From a virus, in IMG/VR virus record IMGVR_UViG_3300014202_001519: a DNA stretch of 64,000 bases, one strand, 5' to 3'. Below the pieces are notes generated by a model. That model had not been told where the DNA came from. It made no database searches and was given only the letters and a program-made list of their open reading frames with translations. Positions 46,862-55,867 of this stretch are shown one piece after another. Position numbers and translations under genes: made by a program. Position 1 is the stretch's first letter. Every line of letters begins with the position of its first letter.

Positions 46862-47926
46862 TTACTTGCGCTGATCTTCATTGACGGCGTGTTCAGCGCT
46901 CCATTCATCGAAGAACTTATCCACCGCTGGATTTTCTACAGGCGGGTCCGAAGGATCAAGGAATGCTTCCTTAATCTTGTTCTTAGCACGCTCCAGCGTG
47001 TATTGAACATTTTGCCGTGTGAAGCGTTCGCCAGTACGAGGGTTGACATGCTTGCTGGCAATATCTTCCTTCCAACCATGATAAGGGAAGATTTCACCGA
47101 ACACACACGCCATCTCGAAAGCGTTCAGGTTAGCATCCTTCATCGCTTGCCGTGCTTCCGTGCGGATAAAGAATGTTTCCTTGAAGTCCCTATCAACGCC
47201 ACGGCGATTGGAAGTATAATCGTCAGCATGAGTCTCTTGACGAGACGGAACGCCAGCGATTATCCCGCCACCAGAGGACCACTGTTCATTAATCACCTTA
47301 GTAGCGGAGCGGAAGAACACTTCGCTTTCTTCGCTGCTGAACCCCAGCACTTCCACCGCTTGTTCATCGGAGATTTCAGCATCCTTATTCTGAACCTCCT
47401 TGACACGACGAATGAGGTCAATCGCCTCATTCGTCAGCGGGCAGAGCGGATTAAGACGGTTCACCGCGTCGAAGATACGACGCCGAATGCACTGCCAAAT
47501 ATAGGTGAACAGCTTAATCTTAGTGTCGGTGTAGCCATAGATGCCATCCAAGACGGCAATATCGCCTTCCTGAATGAACTCTTCTTTGGCATTAGCTGAA
47601 TCATAGTTGTTGCGTGCAGCCAGCCATGCTTGCTGGGCAATCAGTCGAGTGAAATTGCCGCGCACAGCAGCTTCGCACTTATCACGAACGGCGAAGATTA
47701 GTGGCTTAGCAGCTTCCAACTTAGCAAGCTGTTCGGCGGATAGACCACTAAGGTCCAGCCGATTGTTAAAGAGCTTGCCACGAAATTCACGTTGGTTAAG
47801 GCCCATCATTTCCGCGCATTCCTTTAGTGCGGTATTGCCGATGGACATAATCTGACAGACTTCCTCCATTTGAGTCTTATTCAGACGGGTTCCCTTTTGG
47901 ACAGTGTGGAAACGATTGCCAGGCAT
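46862..47926 (-). CDS. phage sigma-70 family RNA polymerase sigma factor
   Basis: region 2-like EEFIQEG.IA...Y....K..TY....IRR.I; region 4-like TRQNVQ..LERA..KIK. Confidence 0.7.
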   Translation of the reverse strand: MPGNRFHTVQKGTRLNKTQMEEVCQIMSIGNTALKECAEMMGLNQREFRGKLFNNRLDLSGLSAEQLAKLEAAKPLIFAVRDKCEAAVRGNFTRLIAQQAWLAARNNYDSANAKEEFIQEGDIAVLDGIYGYTDTKIKLFTYIWQCIRRRIFDAVNRLNPLCPLTNEAIDLIRRVKEVQNKDAEISDEQAVEVLGFSSEESEVFFRSATKVINEQWSSGGGIIAGVPSRQETHADDYTSNRRGVDRDFKETFFIRTEARQAMKDANLNAFEMACVFGEIFPYHGWKEDIASKHVNPRTGERFTRQNVQYTLERAKNKIKEAFLDPSDPPVENPAVDKFFDEWSAEHAVNEDQRK

Positions 47927-47974
47927 TGAGTCCTACCTTCTTGGTTTTTGGTTTTGGGTTGGGTTTGATCTACT

Positions 47975-47990
47975 TGGTACAATTGCAATT
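47975..47990 (-). promoter_or_regulatory. 16-bp motif AATTGCAATTGTACCA (copy 5, upstream of sigma-like gene)
   Basis: exact copy. Confidence 0.75.
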
Positions 47991-48002
47991 CCCTGACACC
48001 AC

Positions 48003-48410
48003 TTAACGTGGCAGGTTCGGTTGCGTCCGCTTTTGAAGCCACTCATTGACTTCTTCGGCGGTTAATTGCCAAGTAGACCCTTTTTCTTTAGGCAAACCAG
48101 CGATCACTGAGTTTTTGAAGTCTTGATATAGACGCTCAGCGGTCACTTCGTCAGTCACTTCCAGCAGAATCCCCAGCGCAAGTTGCGCAGGGCCAGAACC
48201 ACAGTAGCCCCAGGCAAAGCCATCTGGTGAGTGATTCCGAATTTTCAAAGAGCGTGCAGGGGAAAAGGTTTCCCCGTCCACCCAAGTCTGATACCAGTTG
48301 TCTGAGTCAAACTGGCCCGAAAAGACCATCTTCATCCTCCTTAACCTACTACTGAAACACGTTTTGTCAAAGGAATACGCTACAACCAGCGATTTTTTCA
48401 CCGATTTCAC
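48003..48410 (-). CDS. DUF6166-like protein (start probably ~48335)
   Basis: RNHSPDGFAWGY.GSGPAQLAL.IL...YQDFK..VIA.LP. Confidence 0.75.
   Translation of the reverse strand: MKSVKKSLVVAYSFDKTCFSSRLRRMKMVFSGQFDSDNWYQTWVDGETFSPARSLKIRNHSPDGFAWGYCGSGPAQLALGILLEVTDEVTAERLYQDFKNSVIAGLPKEKGSTWQLTAEEVNEWLQKRTQPNLPR
48343..48370 (-). promoter_or_regulatory. sigma70-like promoter TTGACA-N16-TAGGTT
   Basis: 16-bp spacer class, followed by AAGGAGG RBS. Confidence 0.55.
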
Positions 48411-48418
48411 TTTTTCAC

Positions 48419-48434
48419 TGGTACAATCGCAATT
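48419..48434 (-). promoter_or_regulatory. 16-bp motif variant AATTGCGATTGTACCA (copy 6)
   Basis: one mismatch; at the head of a long minus-strand gene block. Confidence 0.65.
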
Positions 48435-48486
48435 CTTTATCTTGGCTAAGCTATAAATTTTAACCGTTTGAAGATATATAAATTTA

Positions 48487-48975
48487 ATGGCACTTACAGC
48501 AAAATGGATTTACACGGCTAATCAGGCGGCAACTATTACCATAGCTAGTTTAGCTAATTTTGGATTAGCTATATCGAATGCTATTGATAATTCGACAACT
48601 GGATACATGGCGTTAGACCTTCAAATACAAGTTAGAACAGGTGGCACAGTCGCCGCAGGTGGCCTATACGATAGTGCGGGAGTTGGGGTTTACCTATTAA
48701 GAACCACCGATGGTAGCACTACTGGAGTCTTTGACACAGTGTTAGGCCCAGGACAGTCAATTGTAAGTGCCGCTACTATAAAAGCCAACAATCCTGAATT
48801 ACTGGCTATAATTTATACTCCCGCCACAGCCACAACTTATAGAGGAAGTGCTAGGATTGAGAATATCCCAGCGGTATTTAAGTTAATGTTATATAATGCA
48901 ACGGGCGGCGCATTAGATTCCACAGGCAGCAATCATTACATTAAGTATGCTAGCAAACATTTACAAGTAGTTTAA
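48487..48975 (+). CDS. small virion protein (TITLASLA family, paralog 3)
   Basis: TITIASLAN...SNAIDNSTT; TATATAA upstream. Confidence 0.7.
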   Translation: MALTAKWIYTANQAATITIASLANFGLAISNAIDNSTTGYMALDLQIQVRTGGTVAAGGLYDSAGVGVYLLRTTDGSTTGVFDTVLGPGQSIVSAATIKANNPELLAIIYTPATATTYRGSARIENIPAVFKLMLYNATGGALDSTGSNHYIKYASKHLQVV

Positions 48976-48983
48976 GGAGAAGT

Positions 48984-49409
48984 ATGCCAACAGGTAAGCA
49001 AGTTTATACAGCTAATCAAACCGTCACAATCACACTAGCGAGTTTGGCTAATGGTGGCACAGCGGTTTCTAACGCTATAGATAATTCAACCGATGGTTTT
49101 TTATCGGCAGAGTTTCAAATAAGAGTAAGGACTGGAACTGTAGCTGGTACTCCGACTGTATCTGTTTATCTTCTAAGATCAGTTGACGGCGGCACCGATT
49201 ACGATGACTCCACCAATGTTAATAATCCAGAATTAATGAGACAGATAAGTACGCCAGTTGCCACAACTACTTATACCAGTAGTGTAAGGGTTGAGTCTCT
49301 GCCACAATATTTCAAGATCATGGTTGTTAATAACACAGGTGGAACATTAGATTCCACAGGCAGTAATCATTATATCAAGTATTGTGCTAAAACCATCCAA
49401 ATCGCATAA
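48984..49409 (+). CDS. small virion protein (TITLASLA family, paralog 4)
   Basis: TITLASLANG..SNAIDNST; shares LDSTGSNHYIKY with paralog 3. Confidence 0.7.
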   Translation: MPTGKQVYTANQTVTITLASLANGGTAVSNAIDNSTDGFLSAEFQIRVRTGTVAGTPTVSVYLLRSVDGGTDYDDSTNVNNPELMRQISTPVATTTYTSSVRVESLPQYFKIMVVNNTGGTLDSTGSNHYIKYCAKTIQIA

Positions 49410-49418
49410 AGGGGAATC

Positions 49419-51629
49419 GTGGCTGTCACAGGAATACAAAGTTTTACATCCAATATTGATTTGAGTATCAACCTAAATGGTTTGGCTAATCTAGCTACCG
49501 CTGTATCCGATGCTTATGATAATACTACCACAGGTTTTATGACAATGGAGGTGCAGTTCTCTGTAACTATTCCTTTAACTGGCGGTGTGGCAACAAGCCG
49601 AACTCCATATATTTATCTATACCTATTGAAAAGTGTTGACGGCGGCACAACTTATGATGACGCCGACATTAACAATGCCGAATTATTGAGAGTTCAGTGG
49701 ACAAGAGCAGCAAGTACAAATGCCTCAAACCAATATTTCGGAAGTGTGTTGGTAGACTCGGTTCCACAGTTTTTCAAGTTCATGATTTATAATGCAACTG
49801 GAGATGTAATATGTATAGCTCGCCCCAAAGCTATCACAAGTGGTCCCGATGGTAATTTGTGGGTCAATGACGGTTATGAACAAAGATTATGGAAGGTTAC
49901 AACAGCAGGGGCTATCAGTTGGCATAACAGCCAGGATGCCGTGACTTTTGGAATAACGATCCCGCCAAGTGCATCAACCAATGTAACCTTGGGGGATATA
50001 ACAGTTGGTTCGGATGGTAATTTATGGGTTTCAGACTTCTACAGTTTTAGGTTGTGGGAAGTCACAACCACTCCAGCTTTTACAGGCTATGCACCTATTG
50101 CATCACACCCGATTAGCGTCTGTGACGGTACAGCCATAGACGGCAATGTTTGGACATGTGATGAACTTGGATATGTTTGGAAGGTAACTACCGCTGGCGC
50201 AGCTACCCCTTATTTATTATCACTAGCCGCACCACTTTCAGGTATTTGCACTGGTTCCGATGGTAATTTTTGGGTCTGTGCTAGAGATGGTTATGTCTGG
50301 CAAGTAACTCCTGCTGGCACCGCAACCGCATATTTAATAGGCGGAATTTTAACAGGAATTTGTGATGGCTGGGACGGTAATTTATGGGCGGCTGATGCTA
50401 CTGGTTTTATATGGAGTATCACAACGGGTGGCTCTGGAACATCATACGCATTAACTGGTGGTACTCCTACAGGTATTTGCCGTGGTTCAGACTTTAATCA
50501 TTGGCTTTCCGATCCCGCCGCGAGTGGTCAAGTGTGGCAAGTCACAACTGGTGGAGTTGCAACCGCATTTTCATTAGGCTCTCTTGCAATACCAACAGGC
50601 ATCACAAACGGCCCTGATGCTAATTTGTGGGTTTCTGACATAATTGGCAAAGTATGGAAAGTCACAACAGCGGGAACTCCAACATCATATACGTTGGCAG
50701 TGTCAAATTGTGAACCAATGGGTATTTGTGAAGGCCCAATTGATGGCCATGTTTGGGTAGCAGATGCAGGTGGAGCTTCATTGGGCAAAGTATGGAAAGT
50801 AGATATGTCAGGTGTGCCAACGGTATATTTCCTTGGATCAGCACCATATGGTTATGGCACTCCGCGATCAGTTACACGTTGTTTGGGCGATTTTAAGATG
50901 TATGTTGCTGATTATGCAAACCATATAATGCAAGTCACAACCGCTGGGGCAGTGACACAATTCAATCTTATACCATTTGTGAATCCTAAAACGTTATGTG
51001 AAACATCCGACAGTAATCTGTGGTTGGCTGATGGCATTGGAGATTATATTTGGAAGATTGACATAACGACTGGTTTACCAATATGGTATCTCCAATTACC
51101 TAGTGCTATTATATGGGACATTTGCCTTGGTCCAGATGGCAATTTATGGGTTGCTGATGGTAATAGTCAAGTGTGGCAAGTCACAAATGCTGGTGTCGCT
51201 ACTGCATACTCACTACCATTTTCAACACCTTATGGCATTTGTAGTGGACCTGATGGTAATTTGTGGGTCGCTGACGGTGTGAGTGCGGTTTGGAAAGTCA
51301 CAACTGGTGGCTCTGGAACATCATATGCAGCGGGAGGTTTATTCCCTCGCGCTATTTGTGAAGGACCAGATGGACTTTTGTGGGTCACTGATGCTACTGA
51401 TAAAGTATTCAAGATAACCACTGGAGGGTCAATATCAGCAACTTATACTTTAACAGGAGCAAACTTGAACGACACAACAAACATTTGTGAAGGACCAGAT
51501 GGGAATTTGTGGGTTAATGATTATAATGGCAAGGTATGGAAGCTTACGACAAGTGGGGTAGGAACCCCTTACACATTGATTGTTGATACCGTTATAACTG
51601 TATCGGGGAAATATGATACTTATTCGTAA
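49419..51629 (+). CDS. TITLASLA-family domain containing a Vgb (virginiamycin B lyase)-like double beta-propeller
   Basis: N-terminal LNGLANLATAVSDAYDNTTT; about 14 repeats of GI..GPDGNLWV.D..G.VWKVTT.G. Confidence 0.8.
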   Translation: MAVTGIQSFTSNIDLSINLNGLANLATAVSDAYDNTTTGFMTMEVQFSVTIPLTGGVATSRTPYIYLYLLKSVDGGTTYDDADINNAELLRVQWTRAASTNASNQYFGSVLVDSVPQFFKFMIYNATGDVICIARPKAITSGPDGNLWVNDGYEQRLWKVTTAGAISWHNSQDAVTFGITIPPSASTNVTLGDITVGSDGNLWVSDFYSFRLWEVTTTPAFTGYAPIASHPISVCDGTAIDGNVWTCDELGYVWKVTTAGAATPYLLSLAAPLSGICTGSDGNFWVCARDGYVWQVTPAGTATAYLIGGILTGICDGWDGNLWAADATGFIWSITTGGSGTSYALTGGTPTGICRGSDFNHWLSDPAASGQVWQVTTGGVATAFSLGSLAIPTGITNGPDANLWVSDIIGKVWKVTTAGTPTSYTLAVSNCEPMGICEGPIDGHVWVADAGGASLGKVWKVDMSGVPTVYFLGSAPYGYGTPRSVTRCLGDFKMYVADYANHIMQVTTAGAVTQFNLIPFVNPKTLCETSDSNLWLADGIGDYIWKIDITTGLPIWYLQLPSAIIWDICLGPDGNLWVADGNSQVWQVTNAGVATAYSLPFSTPYGICSGPDGNLWVADGVSAVWKVTTGGSGTSYAAGGLFPRAICEGPDGLLWVTDATDKVFKITTGGSISATYTLTGANLNDTTNICEGPDGNLWVNDYNGKVWKLTTSGVGTPYTLIVDTVITVSGKYDTYS

Positions 51630-51637
51630 GGAGGAAA

Positions 51638-53551
51638 ATGCCGTTAATTCGTGGTGCTAATGTAACATTCACATCTGGCAACGATAGATGTTTAGATTTC
51701 GTGACAGACGGAACTTATATCTATAATAGCAGTGCGCCTCCAGCAGCAGCAGGAAGAGTCGTCAAAACAACAATCTCCCCTTTTGCACAGACCGCCGTTG
51801 CTACCTTAAGTGTAGACAATGCGGTTGGTTGCACCGTTTTGGGCGGCTATGCCTTTACTACTCATTCTGACTTAGCTATAGCAGAATCTAATTCAGGATG
51901 GGTTCTTAAAGTTGATACCGCAACAATGACCGAAGTTGATAGCATACAATTGTGGTCGCCTGGAGCTTCTAGTAAAAGGCAATCAGTTGCGATCTATAAT
52001 GATGGTACTTTTCTTTATGTTGGAAGTTCAGCATACAGCCCAGCAGGGCCAGCTTATCTTTTCACTCAAATAACCCAAATGGATACCAGTTTTGGGTCAC
52101 TCACAGACGTATCATTGCCAATAAAAGGCACCACATTAGTCCCACACGTCGTAGATGGTGATGGTAGCCATGTTTATTTTGGTGTCGATGGTGCTGATGG
52201 TGTTATTGATGCTGGAAACAACATCGTTAAATTAAGCACAAGTCCGTTTGCCTACGTCAGCAAGTGGGAGATGCCATATACGATAGGAACATGGACCAGT
52301 TTGTGTTGCATACCGCCTAAACTATATGTAGGTGTATTGCCAGCAAACCCTGATGATCCTGGTTTAATTTACCGCATCAACACAGATGATATGACTTCCG
52401 ATGGAGTGGTTATTAAGCAGCAAAGTGGTGTGGGCGGAATTATATCCGCTAATGGTCTTTTATATGTTTCTAGTATATCAGGCGGAATTTTATGCTCATA
52501 TGATTTAAACACATATGATAGAGTTGGTACTATACAGTTTACTGGTGCCGCTGGCGGCGGTGGCAGTGAAGGTACTGTTGGAATATTCGGACCTAATACA
52601 AATGGCACAGTTTTGTATTGGGGACTATACGGCACAAGTCCTGGTGGTGTTCAACAAATAAAAAATGTTTACACAGGAGCCGCATCTTCTACTTACCCAC
52701 AGACAGAACAGCCGACTGTTGGGGGTGGCGGTATCAGAGGAACAAACTCCCCTAATATTCCTACAACCAGAAAGAATATTTCAATAAGAACAGGACAGAG
52801 TGGTGGTGGTGGTAGTAACACTGGTGGTAACAACCTTCCAGGCAGTAGTTCCATTGGCATTACTTCCACCAATGCGTTTTTACAAGCATCGGCAATGGGC
52901 GATCCACACTTCTATGGTTTTGAAGGAGAAAATTGGTTCTTCAATGGTGAAGTAGGAGGTTATTACAACCTGTTCTCTGATGATGGGATTCAAATTAATT
53001 CTTTGTTCAGGTATTGGGAAACAAGTTATGCACAGAACTTCACAGCAATGGAAGAAATTGGCATCACAGTTATAATTGACAAAATACCTACCGTAAAGAG
53101 TTCTAAAAGAAATCTAACAAAGAAGTGCAAAAGCGATTCTGTTAAAATTAGAATCACAGCAAATCATGGAGTGCTAGTCAATAATGAACAGGTTTGTGAT
53201 TCTTTAGACCCAATACTTGAGTTTGTAAATGATATAAAAGAGTATTTTACTGAAAGCGAGATAGAAAAGTTTAAGCAAACAGAAGGATATGGAGAGTTTA
53301 TGCAGGCTCACATTATTCGTTTCTGGCCTTATAACTTCATTATTACCAAATCCACAGATCGCGTAAATGCTCCATATCTTAACATAATTGCAAGATTGGA
53401 TGGAACATCAGCAAATAGACCACACGGTATTGTTGGGCAAACCGCTGACTTCGATGGAAAGCCTAAAGAAAAATTAGATGGGGAAGAATCTGATTATAAG
53501 GTAAGCGATTTGTGGGCAAGTGATTTTAAATTCAATAAATTTAGGGGATAA
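51638..53551 (+). CDS. virion protein: beta-propeller-like N-region + C-terminal VWD-like domain starting GDPH
   Basis: MGDPHFYGF.G..W.F.G....YYNL.SD ... PHGIVGQT. Confidence 0.7.
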   Translation: MPLIRGANVTFTSGNDRCLDFVTDGTYIYNSSAPPAAAGRVVKTTISPFAQTAVATLSVDNAVGCTVLGGYAFTTHSDLAIAESNSGWVLKVDTATMTEVDSIQLWSPGASSKRQSVAIYNDGTFLYVGSSAYSPAGPAYLFTQITQMDTSFGSLTDVSLPIKGTTLVPHVVDGDGSHVYFGVDGADGVIDAGNNIVKLSTSPFAYVSKWEMPYTIGTWTSLCCIPPKLYVGVLPANPDDPGLIYRINTDDMTSDGVVIKQQSGVGGIISANGLLYVSSISGGILCSYDLNTYDRVGTIQFTGAAGGGGSEGTVGIFGPNTNGTVLYWGLYGTSPGGVQQIKNVYTGAASSTYPQTEQPTVGGGGIRGTNSPNIPTTRKNISIRTGQSGGGGSNTGGNNLPGSSSIGITSTNAFLQASAMGDPHFYGFEGENWFFNGEVGGYYNLFSDDGIQINSLFRYWETSYAQNFTAMEEIGITVIIDKIPTVKSSKRNLTKKCKSDSVKIRITANHGVLVNNEQVCDSLDPILEFVNDIKEYFTESEIEKFKQTEGYGEFMQAHIIRFWPYNFIITKSTDRVNAPYLNIIARLDGTSANRPHGIVGQTADFDGKPKEKLDGEESDYKVSDLWASDFKFNKFRG

Positions 53552-53837
53552 AATGGCAGCACCAATATTTAACAATTCGCCCACAAACGGATATGTAGGA
53601 GTCCCCTATTCATTCACTTGGGATATTTCCGATGCGGCAACTGTCCAGTTAATGAGTGGGGGCACATTGCCGTCTGGATTAACCCTATCCAATAATGTTA
53701 TTTCAGGAACCCCTGAAACCCCTGGACAATATCATTTGGTAGCTTATGTCACCACAGATGAAATCGCTACCCAAGAGTTTACTATTACAATCAAACAACG
53801 CATCTTCAGGGGCACTTATCTCCAAGAAGGTTCTTAG
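53520..53837 (+). CDS. single Ig-like (He_PIG-type) domain protein (start probably MAAPIF, 53553)
   Basis: G.VGVPYS, GTLPSGLTLS...ISGTP..PG.Y, FTITI. Confidence 0.75.
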   Translation: MILNSINLGDKMAAPIFNNSPTNGYVGVPYSFTWDISDAATVQLMSGGTLPSGLTLSNNVISGTPETPGQYHLVAYVTTDEIATQEFTITIKQRIFRGTYLQEGS

Positions 53838-54531
53838 TCAGCTTGCGTTCATCCCAACGGCAACCCTGAATGAAATCGTGTCGCACCCACTTAAATCTGT
53901 GAAGCACTTGTTGGTCATCACAAACTTTAATGTAAAGCCCTTCCCGCTTATCCAATGTGGAAAATAGGCTTTTTTCTTCCATGAACTTTTCCAAAAACTC
54001 ATAGCTTGGCACAGCGCCAGTATGCAGTAATGGCGTAATGATGAACCCAGCTTCCGTTAGTAACTGACGTGCTAACTTCGTGTTCACAAAGCGACTCTTC
54101 TCCCAATCATATAGATCGTAAGCCATGAAATAGCCTGGAAGTGCATTATATTCAATGCCGTGCAAGGCATAGAGCCATTCACCGTAAACACTTGGCTCAT
54201 AACCACATAGGTCACGAAGCTTCTCGAACTTTTCACGATTTTCGTAGAACCAATTCCAGATTGGAGCGAATTGGAGTTTGGCGGGTGTACGAAGGTGTCC
54301 AGATTTGCCTTTTTGAAGAATATTGCTGCGATTGCGGATCACAGGATTATCTTCATAGAAGGAAATTCCGCAATTTGCCCCGTCTACCTTCTCTTCGACG
54401 GTAGTATTCTCATTGCTGAGAATCACAGCACATTCTTTAGCCTCTGCGATTAAGTCCAGACGCTGAGCGTTTGGCTTATAGCATAGATGCCTAGTGCGTG
54501 GGTATTCAGGAAGTAGTTTTGTTGGGTTCAT
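53806..54531 (-). CDS. RNA ligase family protein
   Basis: YPRT.HL, EEKVDGAN, YGEW, F.AYDL, REG.YIK, KWVR. Confidence 0.8.
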   Translation of the reverse strand: MNPTKLLPEYPRTRHLCYKPNAQRLDLIAEAKECAVILSNENTTVEEKVDGANCGISFYEDNPVIRNRSNILQKGKSGHLRTPAKLQFAPIWNWFYENREKFEKLRDLCGYEPSVYGEWLYALHGIEYNALPGYFMAYDLYDWEKSRFVNTKLARQLLTEAGFIITPLLHTGAVPSYEFLEKFMEEKSLFSTLDKREGLYIKVCDDQQVLHRFKWVRHDFIQGCRWDERKLTKNLLGDKCP

Positions 54532-54537
54532 GTAGTT

Positions 54538-54565
54538 ACCATACTACAAAAACCTGAGTTGTCAA
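54538..54565 (-). promoter_or_regulatory. sigma70-like promoter TTGACA-N16-TATGGT (leaderless-type spacing to ATG)
   Basis: 16-bp spacer class; ATG 7 nt downstream. Confidence 0.55.
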
Positions 54566-54578
54566 ACTAGGGATTTTA

Positions 54579-55109
54579 CTATTTTACCACGTTTGGAATA
54601 GCCTCTGCTCCAGCTATAGTTATTTTAGGATCAGCCTCAATTATTGTGGTTGTATCCCAACGAACATCAGCCACGTCTCCTCTAGTTGTTTTAGAGTTAA
54701 CCTCTGCTGTTTTAGAGGTCAACTCATTGGTTATGGAATTGCCCCAATCTACGAATTGTTTAATATAAGCAGCACGATTGTCTTGTTCATCCTTATAAGA
54801 TTCCGCTAACATTGATGACAAAATTGACATTTGTGATGCAAAATATCTGTCTTCTACAATTCTAGATGCAGTATAATTGAACTCATTAATTTTGGCTTGT
54901 TTTTCAGCAACAATTAATACGGCATCTACCGCATCTTTTTCAGATTGATCCATCTCCGAGACAGTATCTCCAGTAATTTTCCAATATTCAACAGGGACGC
55001 CTGCAACCGTAGTTAAATCAGGGTTGATTAACCAATCTGATTTTGGGAAGTCAGGAGTGTTTACAGATAGAAAATACTGCTTTGTAGTTCTGTTTAATAC
55101 TGATGCCAT
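54579..55109 (-). CDS. tail fibre assembly/chaperone-like protein
   Basis: SVNTPDF...WLINPDL..V..VP..YWKI.GD.V.EM...EK.AVD; follows LamG gene. Confidence 0.5.
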   Translation of the reverse strand: MASVLNRTTKQYFLSVNTPDFPKSDWLINPDLTTVAGVPVEYWKITGDTVSEMDQSEKDAVDAVLIVAEKQAKINEFNYTASRIVEDRYFASQMSILSSMLAESYKDEQDNRAAYIKQFVDWGNSITNELTSKTAEVNSKTTRGDVADVRWDTTTIIEADPKITIAGAEAIPNVVK

Positions 55110-55858
55110 TATATGTGTTTCCTTCTTTTACTTGCTGGACTACCAAAATACAGAGGGTCACTGGTGACAACTGACGTTGGCCACTGTGAAGGACTTATAT
55201 CTCTTACACTCCCCGCAACAGCAGCCGTACTTTCACCAAGTTCGTTATATGCCCAACGGCCTACTAATCCATTTACTATACCATCATGCCCTCTTGTATT
55301 ATAAACAGTTAGGATTTCATTGGCACTTAACAACCTTTGGTAAACCCGCAAATCCCATATTTCGTTATTTGACTCACTATCTGGCCAAAGATTACCATGC
55401 GCAATATCCCAATTAGTACCTGTGTGGGGCAATATAGCAGCACCAGCAAGAGAGAAGTTATTGGCTGCGGCATTATCTTGCACGCCGTTTAAATAACAAT
55501 TCCAACTTCCTCTGAATGTGCCCACATTGGTAGAAAGAAAAGTTCCTGTGAAGTGATAAACCGTGCTTAAAGATAGTGCAGTAGCACCTGATGCTCCGAC
55601 AGCTACAGCATCAGTATCGTGACAAAAAATAAGACGACGAGTACCACTTACTAAAGTATAACATAAAGTGGGAGAGCGATTAGTGCCAATAAATCTAGTA
55701 GTGAAGACGACGCCGCCATTTGTGTTAGGAGCGGCAGCGAATGTTGTGGCGTTAAAAGCCAAAATACGGACCCATGCCATTATGGTCAAATCACCACTAC
55801 CAAGGTCCATTGTCGGCGTGTTATCTAGTACATCTGATACTCCATCAAATCTTAGCAT
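55109..55858 (-). CDS. LamG/concanavalin A-like lectin domain virion protein
   Basis: FDG..D, TIMAWV, YLNGV, I.DLRVY.R.LSA.EI, GLVGRW. Confidence 0.85.
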   Translation of the reverse strand: MLRFDGVSDVLDNTPTMDLGSGDLTIMAWVRILAFNATTFAAAPNTNGGVVFTTRFIGTNRSPTLCYTLVSGTRRLIFCHDTDAVAVGASGATALSLSTVYHFTGTFLSTNVGTFRGSWNCYLNGVQDNAAANNFSLAGAAILPHTGTNWDIAHGNLWPDSESNNEIWDLRVYQRLLSANEILTVYNTRGHDGIVNGLVGRWAYNELGESTAAVAGSVRDISPSQWPTSVVTSDPLYFGSPASKRRKHI

Positions 55859-55867
55859 TTACCTCCC

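Noticed and set aside
46889-47599. 236-aa ORF antisense to the sigma-like gene
   Set aside because: Shadow ORF without motifs or translation signals
49419-51629. Virginiamycin B resistance gene (vgb)
   Set aside because: Only the repeat fold is shared; the protein is fused to a structural domain within a late operon
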